A stretch of 64,000 bases of DNA. It comes from Octopus sinensis (taxonomy: Eukaryota). The notes beneath the pieces were generated by a model. That model was not told the origin of the DNA. It saw only the letters and a program-made list of their open reading frames with translations, and did no database searches. Where the stretch lies: contig NC_042998.1 in the NCBI RefSeq assembly GCF_006345805.1, forward strand, positions 165,230,001 through 165,294,000, given 5' to 3'. Both the position numbers and the translations under genes were made by a program. Shown in pieces: positions 1 through 11,768 of this stretch (position 1 is the stretch's first letter; each line of letters begins with the position of its first letter).

Positions 1-761
1 CACGCATGCACTCACGACCGCACGCACTGCCGCGCGCACGCACACGCACATAAACACAACGCGGTGCTTAATGTTATGTTTTACCTGGTCTATACAACAA
101 ATCGGCAGGTATGTAATGAGATTCTATCTCAAATAACAAACACTTGTTATTTCCGGTTCTTAAAAAATCAGTACCATGCAATAAGAAAATAGATGAAATA
201 CACCAGTATTGGTTCATCATCATACATAATCACACATATGTATTGAAAATCAATGTGCTTTAGTCAACGTTTACCTACCATTCCGAAACCTTCCCACCCT
301 CATTTTCTAGTTGGTAGCATGAGAAACGTTGAGAATGCGTTTGGGGAGTTTACTGATCCAAACATTCTGCAAGGAACTCACAGAAAAATATTTTATAAAT
401 CTTGATAAAACTAGAATTTAAAAGGAAAGCTATTCACTTATGGATTTTTGCCTTTGAGTTTTATTAAAGTTTTTCTTGTGAGAGGTCAAGCCAGTCGCTA
501 ACAAAGCGACAAAACATTTTGAGTTAAGAGAGTTCCCGGTGTTTGTAAATATGCTGATGAATTGGTGTGTTGGTTGAATTATCGATACATACACCCAAGT
601 TTGTGCATCTATTCACATAATAATCTCACATGGAGAAATTTTGGAATGTCTTCACTGTGCCACTAACAGATTGGGTTTGGAGAATCCACGTCAGGTTCTT
701 TTGCTATTTCTCGGTGAAACCGAGTATTTCTAAATCTTTGTGCAAATTTGTTGGTACATAC

Positions 762-783
762 CTTAATGCACCTATGATGATAG
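762..783 (-). CDS. Candidate 22-nt microexon (phase 1 to 2, AIIIGAL), host gene unknown
   Basis: Minus strand CTGAC...TTCTTATTTGTAG|CTATCATCATAGGTGCATTAAG|GTATGT. The phase is compatible with candidate exon 2857-2913. No homology recognised. Confidence 0.2.
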
Positions 784-1689
784 CTACAAATAAGAATTCA
801 GTCAGGATACAAAAGATGTAAGTTCCCCATGTATGTATATATGTATGTATGTAGTTAGGTAGGTAGGTAGGTAGGTTAGTAGTTAGGTAGGTAGGTAGGT
901 ATGCATAGGTGTGTGTACACGCGTGTTTATTTTTGTGAGTATGAACAAATATGCACATGTGTATGCACGATCTATACAAACATACACATACCTTTCTCGT
1001 ATATGCATTCCGGCAAAACGAAATCATTCATAACTTTGTACGGTAGAAAATTTGGCAGGTGCGGTATTAAGGTAAAATATTATTAAAAGATTATATAGAG
1101 ACATAGTGTTTACAGAACCCCTCAAATATGTACTTATCTTCTTATATTTCAACCACGTATATCAAAAATAGGTGAAGTAGAAAAAAATCTACTTATGAAG
1201 AAATCACCCGAATTTTATACACCACCACATACTATCAAATACTATAAATGGATTATCCGATTTGAAGGTGTATTAAGCATGCAAACACCAATGTCTTTAA
1301 TTCCCAGAGGAAATCCATCCCTGACGTAATGTAAGAAGCTGTCATATTAGTGTACGGTATGTTTCGTTGTGTTCTGGAGCTTATTAGCTTTGACCATTAA
1401 AAAAAACATCTCGAGTTTCTTTACCAAGGAGAGTTCACTTCCAACGTTTGATAAATGAGCTATCAAAATTTTTGAAACAGAGCTCACCAATTTGATACAC
1501 TTTTCTCGCTCCATCATTACAAATAGGTTACTACTATTTTCTCTTATCGTATTACTTCATGTTCACTATTATTAATTGGTATAAATTCTGTATTCATATA
1601 AAACAAGTAATCGATACTGATAATGTCTTAAGATATCAATCATTTTGAAACTTTATACATCTGAACTATTTATTTTTATTTTTAATAAG

Positions 1690-1930
1690 GAGGAAAGGCA
1701 ATGCTCTTGACCCTTCGCACGGCCTCCGAAACTAATGCGAGGAGAAAATGAAAGAGGAAGGTATACTCAAATTGGAGAAGTGACTCGAATGCTTGCAACA
1801 GAGAGGACTCCGCTAAAGGTCCGCAAAATACGAGGTGACTGCAAAAACGGATGATGCATAAAATTCTACCATCTATGGTAAGAGAGGAACTGAGAAAACA
1901 ATTGGAGTGAAGAAATATCGCAATGAATCC
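1690..1930 (+). mobile_element. Possible decayed RTE-type LINE 3' fragment
   Basis: Purine-rich stretch translating in part to ...TRMLATERTPLKV..., reminiscent of RTE ORF2 C-termini. Heavily degraded. Confidence 0.3.
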
Positions 1931-2371
1931 GATGGTCTTACAGTTCTGCTAATGTACTACTCTGGATTGTTATTTTATTATTGACTCCTGAAACTATGAA
2001 AGGCAAAACTGACACCGGCACGATTTGAACTCAGCGCTCTGATTGTCGGAACAAATTTCGCGATGCATTCTATCCGATAATCTAACAACTTTAACGACTT
2101 TTCAACCTCTTCATTTATGCGTACATACTCGATAAGACAAGTTTCTCAAGATTCTTAAAGCTATGTAACAGAGATTTCAGGTATGGCTGTGTGATTACGA
2201 AGGTCGCTATGCAGCCTCAGCGCTTCGAGTTCAGTCTCTCTGCGCGGCAAATGTCTTCTACTATAGCCACAAACCGACGAATAGATTGCGAGTGAATTTG
2301 CCAGACAGAAACTCTGTGTGTGTGTGTGTGTTAGTGTTTATTTTTGTTGCCATCACTACATGACAAGTGGT

Positions 2372-2623
2372 ACAGTTCTATATTTAAGAGATGAGGGATT
2401 ATGTACATTATTTACATTATTTACATTCGACGGGTATTTGTCCTCATCTTGTTTGTTGTTAGCACTACGTTTCGGCTGATGTACACTCTAGCCTTCATCA
2501 GGTGTTCTCATCAGACATCTGCCGAAGGCTGCTGTGTATATCTGCTGAAACGTTGTGTTAACAACAAACAAGATGAAGACAAATATCCATCGAATGTAAA
2601 TAATGTAAATAATGTAAATAATT
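2372..2623. mobile_element. Penelope-like terminal-repeat palindrome inserted into a SINE, with 9-bp TSD
   Basis: Arms of about 100 bp (about 2405-2504 and 2515-2621) are imperfect inverted repeats. Flanks are ACAAGTGGT (2363-2371) and ACAAATGGT (2624-2632). Confidence 0.7.
2461..2506 (-). ncRNA. Minimal type-I hammerhead ribozyme motif
   Basis: AACAC-CUGAUGA-A-GGCU(12-nt loop)AGCC-GAAAC-GUA/GUGCU. Core intact, palindromic ACGU stem III, stem I 4 of 5 paired. Confidence 0.65.
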
Positions 2624-2856
2624 ACAAATGGTGTTGGTATGTTTATGTCGCCGTAACTTAGCGATTCGGAAAAGACAAAAAGATAGAAAAATTCACAATG
2701 AAGTCGTTCATCGAATAACTATACAAATAATGTAAATATTTCAGAAGTAGACATGCTGTTTAAAACGTTTAATTTAGTTTGATGTTTCTTTCAATATTTA
2801 GCCACAGTTGGAGAGACTCGCAATTTTTTGTTTTTGTTTTTGTCTTTGTGGCTCAC

Positions 2857-2913
2857 CAAGGTTGTTCAGACTGATGTGAGTGAAGATCAGGTTGAACAGA
2901 AGCAAATTAAAAT
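2857..2913 (-). CDS. Candidate 57-nt internal exon (phase 1-1, DFNLLLFNLIFTHISLNNL), host gene unknown
   Basis: Long pyrimidine tract ending TTTTCTGCAG acceptor and CTTG|GTGAGC donor. Only one of three frames is open and the length is divisible by 3. Confidence 0.4.
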
Positions 2914-2958
2914 CTGCAGAAAATAAAAAAAAAAGGCAAGCAGAAAGGGAACCAGACA

Positions 2959-3174
2959 GAGCTGGCAGAAATGTTAGCACGCCGGGCGAAATGCTTAGCT
3001 GTATTTCGTCTGCCGTTACGTTTTAAGTTCAACTTCTGCCGAGGTCGACAATGCCTTTCATCCTTTCGGGGCCGATAAATTAAGTACCAGTTACGCACTG
3101 GTGTCGATGTAATCGATTTAATCCCTTTGTCTGTCCTTGTTTGTCTCCTCTTGTGGGCAATAAAGAAATAAGAA
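2959..3174 (+). mobile_element. tRNA-derived SINE family A (GGCGAGCTGGCAG head), tail alpha
   Basis: Matches the copies at 12459, 41150 and 61682 along its length, with a short deletion in the tail. Confidence 0.9.
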
Positions 3175-3865
3175 TAGTTGCATCAGAGCGTACTCAGCAA
3201 ATACTACCCACAAACCAGGTGGCAAAGTTAAACTTCACGGGGCCTTTGACCTGACTATTTATTACCTGACCTGGCTATTAAGTACAACACGAGGTATATT
3301 AACATTTCCAAATATATAAAAAAAGAATCTATATGTCTATGTGTGTGTAGATGAATTTGCAAAACATCATTGGACACATTAATACGCAGCTCCTCGCTAG
3401 GTTACTCGGCTGAACATAAAACAGTGGGAACGAAACAAATGACTATGGTATATACCATAATATACTGTGTACAAAGTGTTTTAAATGATTAGCCAAACAT
3501 TGCGTTGCTTAACAATGGATATACAAAAGATTTCATTATTCCTTTTAAATAAAGAAAAGATTATTTCATTTGAAACATTCGTCTGCGATACAAAATTCAA
3601 TTTCGCATTGTTTAATCAATTGAAATACACAAATATTTACGAGACACGATCAATGAATTTTGAAGAGAAGATTTTGATCAAAACACCTGGTGCAGCGATA
3701 GCTGTTGGCTGTCTGGTTAAAACGTTTGATTCGTAAAGTGGTTCCAAGTTCGACTCCTTCGTACCAACCCCTGAGACAAAGGCAACTGTCTTCAACTGTT
3801 TTAGCCCCATAGTGGTCATTGTCTTGCGACTGAGATTTGACCGCAAAAGCAACACTGAAGTCTGT

Positions 3866-3866
3866 C

Positions 3867-3899
<33 letters not shown>

Positions 3900-3943
3900 T
3901 GAGAGCGTGTATGTGTGTGTGTATGTCTCTCTCTCTCTATCTC

Positions 3944-3977
<34 letters not shown>

Positions 3978-4085
3978 CGTCTGTCTGTCTGTCTGTCTGT
4001 CTGTCAGTCTGTCTGTCAGTCAGTCTGTCTGTCTGTTTCTCCCTCTATCTCTCTCTCTCTTTATATATTTGTGTGTGTATATATG
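3866..4085. repeat. Compound microsatellite (GT/GA/TCTA/TCTG)n
   Basis: Seen directly. Confidence 0.95.
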
Positions 4086-4095
4086 TTCAATATAT

Positions 4096-4386
4096 AACCT
4101 TTTCTTGTGTATGCGTTTTAGTCATGGAAGTGTGGCCAGCCTTGAGCTCCACCTTGAGGGTTTAGTCGAACAAATTGACCATTGTACTTATTTTAAACCG
4201 GCTGTTTGTTCTGTAGGTCTCTTTTGCGGAACCACTAGCTTACTGAATATAAACAAACCATCACCGGTTGTCAAGCGCTGGTAGAAGTAAGATGGGATTC
4301 CTTCAGTGTCCGTCTGCCAAATTCACTCACAAGATTGCAATGGAAGACACTTGTCCACGATGACATGTATTGGGAATGAACAAGCC
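4096..4386 (-). mobile_element. Degenerate CORE-type SINE (internal-microsatellite family)
   Basis: Reverse complement of family segments (GACAACCGG..., GTGAGTGAATTTGGCAGACGG). Confidence 0.65.
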
Positions 4387-4387
4387 T

Positions 4388-4645
4388 ATGTATGTATGTA
4401 TTATGTATGTATGTATGTATGTATGTATTATGTATGTATGTATGTATGTATGTATGTATGTATGTATGTTTTGTATGTATGTATGTATGTATGTATGTAT
4501 GTTTTGTATGTATGTATGTATGTATGTATGTATGTATGTATGTATGGATGGATGGATGGATGGGTGCATGTATGTATGTAGATATGAATGTATGTACACA
4601 TGCACGCATACATGCATGAATGTATGTATATTTGTATGTGTATGT
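4388..4645. repeat. (TATG)n microsatellite
   Basis: Seen directly. Confidence 0.95.
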
Positions 4646-5378
4646 ACATTGGTATCCTAATATCTTAAATAAAGAAGAAAACATTGAACGAATTAGTCTT
4701 TTGTATCACAGCTGTGATGTCTGTGATCATATCAGGTCAACTCAATATCGACGATGACGACGACGACGACGTAGAAGAAGAAGAAGAAGAAGAGTTAATA
4801 TCTCGCAGCTGAATATATTTGTATTTTCTTTCAATGAGAGCATTCAGGTAGATTTCTTTGAAAAATCAGATGATGACACTCTGGCGATGGATGTCGTCTG
4901 TACGTCTATGCGTTTAAGGAGATGCATCTTAACAGCCGTACGCAACAGAGCGGCGTGAAGAAAGGATAAAATAATACTATCAAACTCAATGATTGAAATT
5001 TGATTTGAATATGAAATTGTTTGTATACAAACATATTGAAACTTGTGAATATAAATACTTATGTGCAATTATATAAATATACAATTATAATGACACATTA
5101 GGATTATTGAAACATACGTAGGCAATGAAAGTCTGAAGTATTTTTTTCAAATGTATTTTGCTCTCTGCATTCGCATTAATACACGTGCATACATACACAG
5201 ATGGATACATAAATACATACATGCATGCATACATACATACATACATACATACATACATACATACATACATACATACATACATACATACATACATGCAGAC
5301 ACAAAAACATACTTACACACACACATACACACATTATTGATGAGGGAAAGGGAAAATAGATGTGGTATGAATCTTTAT

Positions 5379-5636
5379 TCAATGCGACGATCATTTCGAT
5401 CCATCCTGCAGCTCTCCCTTACGCGTAGGATACTGTACATCTAGTTGTGTTGCATCATTCAGTGCGGCCTTTGTCACCCCAGGTGTTTGTTATAAGGATA
5501 TACTACCATTGAGTTTTTCCAGGTATGTTGTACTCTCTCGTAGTATGAGATGACACCGACTGCAACACAACTAGATGCACAATGTCTTACCCGTAAGGGA
5601 CAGCTGCAGGATGGGACGAAACGACCGTCATGTTGA
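5379..5636. mobile_element. Foldback/MITE-like element with 76-bp inverted arms
   Basis: 5379-5454 versus the reverse complement of 5561-5636: 13 mismatches in 76 by hand count, 106-bp spacer. Confidence 0.65.
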
Positions 5637-6190
5637 CAAAACATTCGTACCAAATCCATTTTCCGTTTCCCTTCATCAATTATTAACTAAACGAACACTG
5701 CAGAATTCCTGACGTAGATCCAGTGAAAGTTATACCGAAGCTGTGGATGACATCAGGGAGCTCAAATGCTGAATGTGCTTTAATCGGCATACTATTAGAC
5801 CCATATGCGATTTATATTTTGTCTACGATGATGGAATACCCAGTATATGGAAATGTGGATCAAGACATTGATCCATAACCTGGGATATCCCAGAAACAGC
5901 TGCAAGACACTATTATTTGTATTTTTCACTTACTTCGCTTCAGCATCAAACTAATTTAAATGAATTGATAAGCTTGCCCTACCTTGATTAATCGTTTTCC
6001 TCCTGTTTAAATTATACCTACTGGCTCGAATGTAGGCTACGGATCATCGGTTCTCGCCCAACTGAACAGAGGCTATCACAACTCCAGTCTTTGTGTGAAC
6101 TTGTATACTTGTATCCTAGCAACTTATCAATTGGAGTACTCAGACCGCATACCTATTAGTTTAGGTTACCACTGACCTAAATTTTTCATC

Positions 6191-6233
<43 letters not shown>

Positions 6234-6553
6234 GAGAGTGAGAGGATAGCTAGCTAGCTAGATAGATAGATAGATAGATAGGGAGAGAGAGAGAGAGAGA
6301 TGCATGTATGTGTCTGAGTGTCTTTGTTTTTGTTCCCTTACCAATTAGCAATCGGTATTGGCTTGCATACTGTTAGAATACAGGAGTCGAATTTTTTTCC
6401 GAGAGAGCCCTTCAAGGCGGTGCCCCAGCTCAGTTGCATCCAATGATTGAAACAAGGAAAAGATAAAAATCATGTATGCATGAATACATATACCTGCGTA
6501 TGTATACATATATATGTATAAATGCCTATGCTTATATGTGTGTGTGTGCGTGT

Positions 6554-6584
<31 letters not shown>

Positions 6585-6763
6585 CATAGGAAGAATTCCC
6601 AAAAAACAAAAGACGAAGACAGGTGGTGTAAACAACAAACAGATGTATTAGTTTAACGCTCGGGAAGTTAAAAAAATCTTTAACGTTTCGAGCCTACGCT
6701 CTTCCACAGAAACAAACAAGAAAGAAACAAGGAGAGAAAATAAAGAATATGTAGTGGCTAGCG

Positions 6764-6828
<65 letters not shown>

Positions 6829-7019
6829 TGTGTGTGTGTGCATAGGAAGAATTCCCAAAAAACAAAAGACGAAGACAGGTGGTGTAAACAACAAACAGAT
6901 GTATTAGTTTAACGCTCGGGAAGTTAAAAAAATCTTTAACGTTTCGAGCCTACGCTCTTCCACAGAAACAAACAAGAAAGAAACAAGGAGAGAAAATAAA
7001 GAATATGTAGTGGCTAGCG

Positions 7020-7079
<60 letters not shown>

Positions 7080-7095
7080 GTGTGTGTGTGTGTGT
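6585..7095. repeat. 256-bp tandem duplication (2 copies) bounded by (TG)n, each copy with a hammerhead-like motif on the minus strand
   Basis: The unique part starting CATAGGAAGAATTCCC at 6585 and 6841 is identical. Motif CUGUGGA-A-GAGC-GUAG-GCUC-GAAAC-GUU at 6677-6714 and 6933-6970. Confidence 0.85.
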
Positions 7096-7440
7096 ATGAA
7101 TGTTTATATACCTACATGCTTATACATGTAGTTTCGTTTGGGTTATTCACAATGGTTATTTTTCTTTATACAAAATATGTATGTATGAGTGTTCTTGAGG
7201 AAGACACTTTATTTCACGATACTCCTGTGCACTCATCTGTAGAAATGAGTTGCGATGTCACTGGTACCAAGCTATATGGGCCTTTGCCTTTTCTTTGGAG
7301 AACACCAGTCATGTGAAGAAGGGAGGCTGGTACGCATGGTAACTGCTGGTCTTCCGCTAACAACCTTGCACGGACTTGTGCCACATATATACATACATAC
7401 ATACATACATACATACATACATACATACAACATACATACA

Positions 7441-7519
<79 letters not shown>

Positions 7520-7895
7520 CGTGTGTGTGTGTGTGTGTATGAATGTTATATACCTACATGCTTATACATGTAGTTTCGTTTGGGTTATTCACAATGGTTA
7601 TTTTTCTTTATACAAAATATGTATGTATGAGTGTTCTTGAGGAAGACACTTTATTTCACGATACTCCTGTGCACTCATCTGTAGAAATGAGTTGCGATGT
7701 CACTGGTACCAAGCTATATGGGCCTTTGCCTTTTCTTTGGAGAACACCAGTCATGTGAAGAAGGGAGGCTGGTACGCATGGTAACTGCTGGTCTTCCGCT
7801 AACAACCTTGCACGGACTTGTGCCACATATATACATACATACATACATACATACATACATACATACATACATACATACATACATACATACATACA

Positions 7896-7948
<53 letters not shown>

Positions 7949-7950
7949 GA
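7096..7950. repeat. 443-bp tandem duplication (2 copies) containing a headless family C SINE
   Basis: Copies start at 7096 and 7539. One 1-nt indel (TGTTTAT versus TGTTAT) in the unique part. Confidence 0.85.
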
Positions 7951-8169
7951 ATAAAAAAATGGAGTTAACGCAGGTGTAATCAAATATTTATAATTTCGAC
8001 ACATTTTGCTGCCCTGGTAACTATTTATTTATTTTTCCGTGTTAATTGTTAACAAGGTAAAAATACACTTATCTATTTATATATATATATATATATAGGG
8101 TGGACTCTCCTGTCGAAGACTACGTATGAGAGTTTACCTACTGCCGAATGACCTACACAAATAATTTTT

Positions 8170-8392
8170 ATAAAGTGATCAGATGTTCGTGCCGCACATT
8201 AGCTCACTCTCTCCATCAAATCGACGTTATCTGAAGAGGTGCACTCTGTATCACGCGTCAGGTGCCGAAGTGATCGCAGAGCAAGTTGAGATGAAGAGCT
8301 TTCCTCAAGAACACAACACACCATCGAGTCTAGGAACTGAAACCACGATATCACGATCGTGAGCGCAACACCCCCGACCAGTAGGCCAAGTC
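8170..8392 (-). mobile_element. Diverged tRNA/CORE-type SINE
   Basis: Reverse complement shows a tRNA-like head and the TGTGTTGTGTTCTTGAG CORE-like block. Confidence 0.65.
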
Positions 8393-8770
8393 TATCTCTC
8401 CACATGTATAAATGAGTGAATATATACATAAATTCAGATTAGGAAAAAGGAAATCCAAACAGATTATATAAAATGTGTACCGAAAAGTATGATTGATGAA
8501 TAACGACTGATAAATCTTAATTCCAATGGAAAAATATTGTAAACTATTCCTGTACAGAACAAGATTTAGCGAAAAGCGGGCTCAGTCTGAGACTATTATA
8601 TCTAGTAACCTACGCTTTCTCTCTCAGATCACTGAGATATTGCATCTACACTTTCATGTTTCTCATAATTAACCTATTTGTCACATTTATGAATTTATTT
8701 TGCAAGATTCCTGTGTTGTGTTGTGTTGAAATAGAAATTGTTATATCTCGCTATGGTTTTTATTTTTATT

Positions 8771-9070
8771 CTTGCCAAATAAACGCACTGACTATATATT
8801 CGTTCTTCCCTCGTCTATTATTGTCCTTACTTTACATTGTTTGGAAATCTTTCGTCACACATTTGTGACCTCTTCCATCTACGTGGTTCATGCTGTTCTG
8901 TTTAGTCCATTATGAACTAAACAGAATAGGAGAAAACACATGGACGGAAGAGTTGCTGAAGAGGTCACAGAAGTGTAACGAAAGATTTCCAGACAATGGA
9001 CATGATATAGATTAAGAACAAAATAATCGAGTGAAGAACGAATATATAGTGCGCGTGCTTATTTGGCAAG
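8771..9070. mobile_element. Long imperfect palindrome, Penelope-like, with a decayed hammerhead motif at 8952-8994 (+)
   Basis: CTTGCCAAATA...TATTTGGCAAG termini, arms about 135-155 bp, 9-nt loop at 8907-8915. Motif CUGAAGA-G-GUCAC/GUAAC-GAAAGAUUUC. Confidence 0.65.
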
Positions 9071-9488
9071 GAAAAAATGTCCATCCCGAAATATAACAAT
9101 TTATTTGTCCTTTAGTAGGTTTCGCGTGTAGCAATTTTAGTATTTTTGTTTTGTGCAAGCTACACTGAAGAATGAAGTGGACTGATAAATAGGGGCAAAA
9201 TAAAATTGTAAATCATAAAATGAATATTCTCGAGATGGTTTAATTTGCTGGAAATAGTAACAAAATTTTGTTCAGGCTACCGCATATAGTTTTAAGGAAG
9301 AGGACCAAACCCTTGCATAATGTTGATACGTGTTTGAGAAAGTCATGGTTGTAGCATCTATCGTTAGTGGTCTTTCGGTTCAGCGTTGACCTATTGCTAA
9401 ACAATATATTGCTCTCAAACACAAGCACACACACATGTATTTTATAGGCACACAAACTTTTTCACTGTAGACCATATTGTTGTGAGCC

Positions 9489-9989
9489 CCTTCGGTCATG
9501 AATGACCATGGGATTGCACCTAGAAAGTTACCCTCCGAGGCACAAGTCTGGGCAAGGTTGTTTATGGAAGACCAGCAGTCGCCCATGCATACTGGCCTCT
9601 CCTCTCCACGCCATCGATGTTATCCAAAGGAAAGGTAAAGGCCGATACGGCTTGGCACCAGTGACGTCGCAGCTCATTTATTAACGTGCAAGTGGCTGAG
9701 CATTCCACAGACACGTATACCCTTAACGTAGTTCTCGGGGAGATTCAGCTTGACACAGAGTGTGACAAGGCTGGCCCTTTGAAATACAGGTACAACAGAA
9801 ACAGGATGAAAGAGTGAGAGAAAGTTGTGGCGAAAGAGTACAGCATGGTTCACCCCCCCCTCCCGGAGCATCGTGAAGCTTCAGGCCTTTTTCGCTCAAT
9901 AAACACTCACAATAACCGGTCTGGGAATCGAAACCGCGATCCTACGACCTTGAGTCCGCTGCCCTAACCACTGGGCTATTGCGCTTCCA
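9489..9989 (-). mobile_element. Chimeric SINE: family D head and body (9679-9989) fused to family C tail (9489-9678)
   Basis: Head matches the copies at 24959 and 34764; tail matches the copies at 31898 and 35908. Confidence 0.85.
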
Positions 9990-11353
9990 CACTGTACACC
10001 ATATATATACTCGTGTATTTGAACAGATGCACTAATGGGAAGCGCGCGTTAGTGACAAATACCACTCACGCATTCAGATATATACACACGTACACGTTAA
10101 ACTATATTCTATTTTGGCTAATATATTGCCAGTGTGCATATTCAGACCTTACATTAATGATATTACATAGTATTAGCTCAACTGTGTTTATCTGCTTCAT
10201 TTAAAAATACATCACAAAAAACAAAAAAAAAAAAAGCAATGAAAACTTGCAAGAAACAATATTTCAAGAATTCTTTCTTTTTCCTTCTCTCTCCTTCTCT
10301 CTCTTTTCCTCTCTGTCTTTCTCTTCTGGGTTCCGCTTTTTGATTTATGATATCGCCGAAGAATTGGTACAAATATGCGATTATACGAGAGGCTGTTGAG
10401 AGATTTACTGCAACCGTGTCCGGTTGCTATGCATTCTATACAAATTGCACAAATTAACAAACAGCAAAGTATAACAAATAAATAACAAACTTATTCATTA
10501 AAAATTATACAACGCGCACGCGCGCACAACCACACACACACTCACACACGTGCATGCTCATGCTAAAAAAACGGTCAAGTTATTAACTATTGTTAACTGG
10601 AGAGAAAAATACATTAAACAACGAAACATGAAACAATATGGACGCGCTCTTGAGACCGGAAGAAGAACGGAGCAAAAGAACAGGTGACGATGATAGATTT
10701 ATTGCTGATTCAAGATAAGCTTTTATTTATTACATTTACTCCTTTTTTTTTTCACAAGCTAGGATGATGATGAAGAAATGTCACGGAAAAAAACTACAAA
10801 ATGGCTGAAGATTTAGGCTATATCAATATTTTTAACACTTCAAAAGTTAACCATTATTCGGATAGTCATTTCAAGATCATCAAGGAGAGAGAACGAATTA
10901 GCAGAAGCAAAACGGGCATAAAATGAGGTTCAATAAAACGAAACGATGTGGAAATATTATGATAGAATACATTATATATACATTACCAATATCACCACAA
11001 AGTTGCAGTATTTTGTATGAGAGAGATTCCTTTAAAGACGTATAGTTTTGAAAACAAGTAGCATACTTCATAGCTTGGTGAAACGAAATCGTTCCGAAAG
11101 TGAATGAGTGCGACAGATACCGACATCACTAGTGTCACATACTCCTCCACACCGAAACGAATCGCAACAGCCAGTCAGAAGTATTTATACAAATAGCGTA
11201 AAATTCATGTGCTGATATGCAAAAGCATCGTACAAGTAAAAGAGAATTCGAATTTTGTATTAAATGCAACTCATTAATGTAAACATTATCAACATCAGTT
11301 TATGTGTTGTTAAACACTACAAAGCTGCGGTAATTCGTCTATGGGTGATCCTT

Positions 11354-11395
<42 letters not shown>

Positions 11396-11704
11396 TACAC
11401 AATTTTATGTAGAGATTGTTAACTTTAACAATGCTCAGAAACAGGTTAGAATTAAAGTCCTCTAATTGAGCTAAGTTCCAATTTATAAGTTCAAAGGAGG
11501 CAATACCAGCGGAAAACTAGAAGAACATGACCTATTATCCAATAGAACATTCAATATATACGTGTACTTTCATTGGACATTAATCAATCAGTATACAGTT
11601 TCAGATAATACAGTATTAAAACACAAGTATATAAACATATAAATATTTAATATTTAAAAATACGTTGGCATTATAAATATATAAATACATAAATAGATAT
11701 ACAA

Positions 11705-11762
<58 letters not shown>

Positions 11763-11768
11763 ATATAA

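Larger units (their letters stand above)
2178..2690 (+). mobile_element. CORE-type tRNA SINE (internal-microsatellite family), interrupted by a palindromic insertion
   Basis: Degenerate head GGTATGGCTGTGTG..., internal (TG)n, and 3' half ...CCGTAACTTAGCGATTCGG matching the copies at 14741 and 35361. Confidence 0.7.

Noticed and set aside
6585-7950. CRISPR-like or prokaryotic repeat array
   Set aside because: There are only two long copies per unit, no unique spacers and no cas genes, and the context is eukaryotic.
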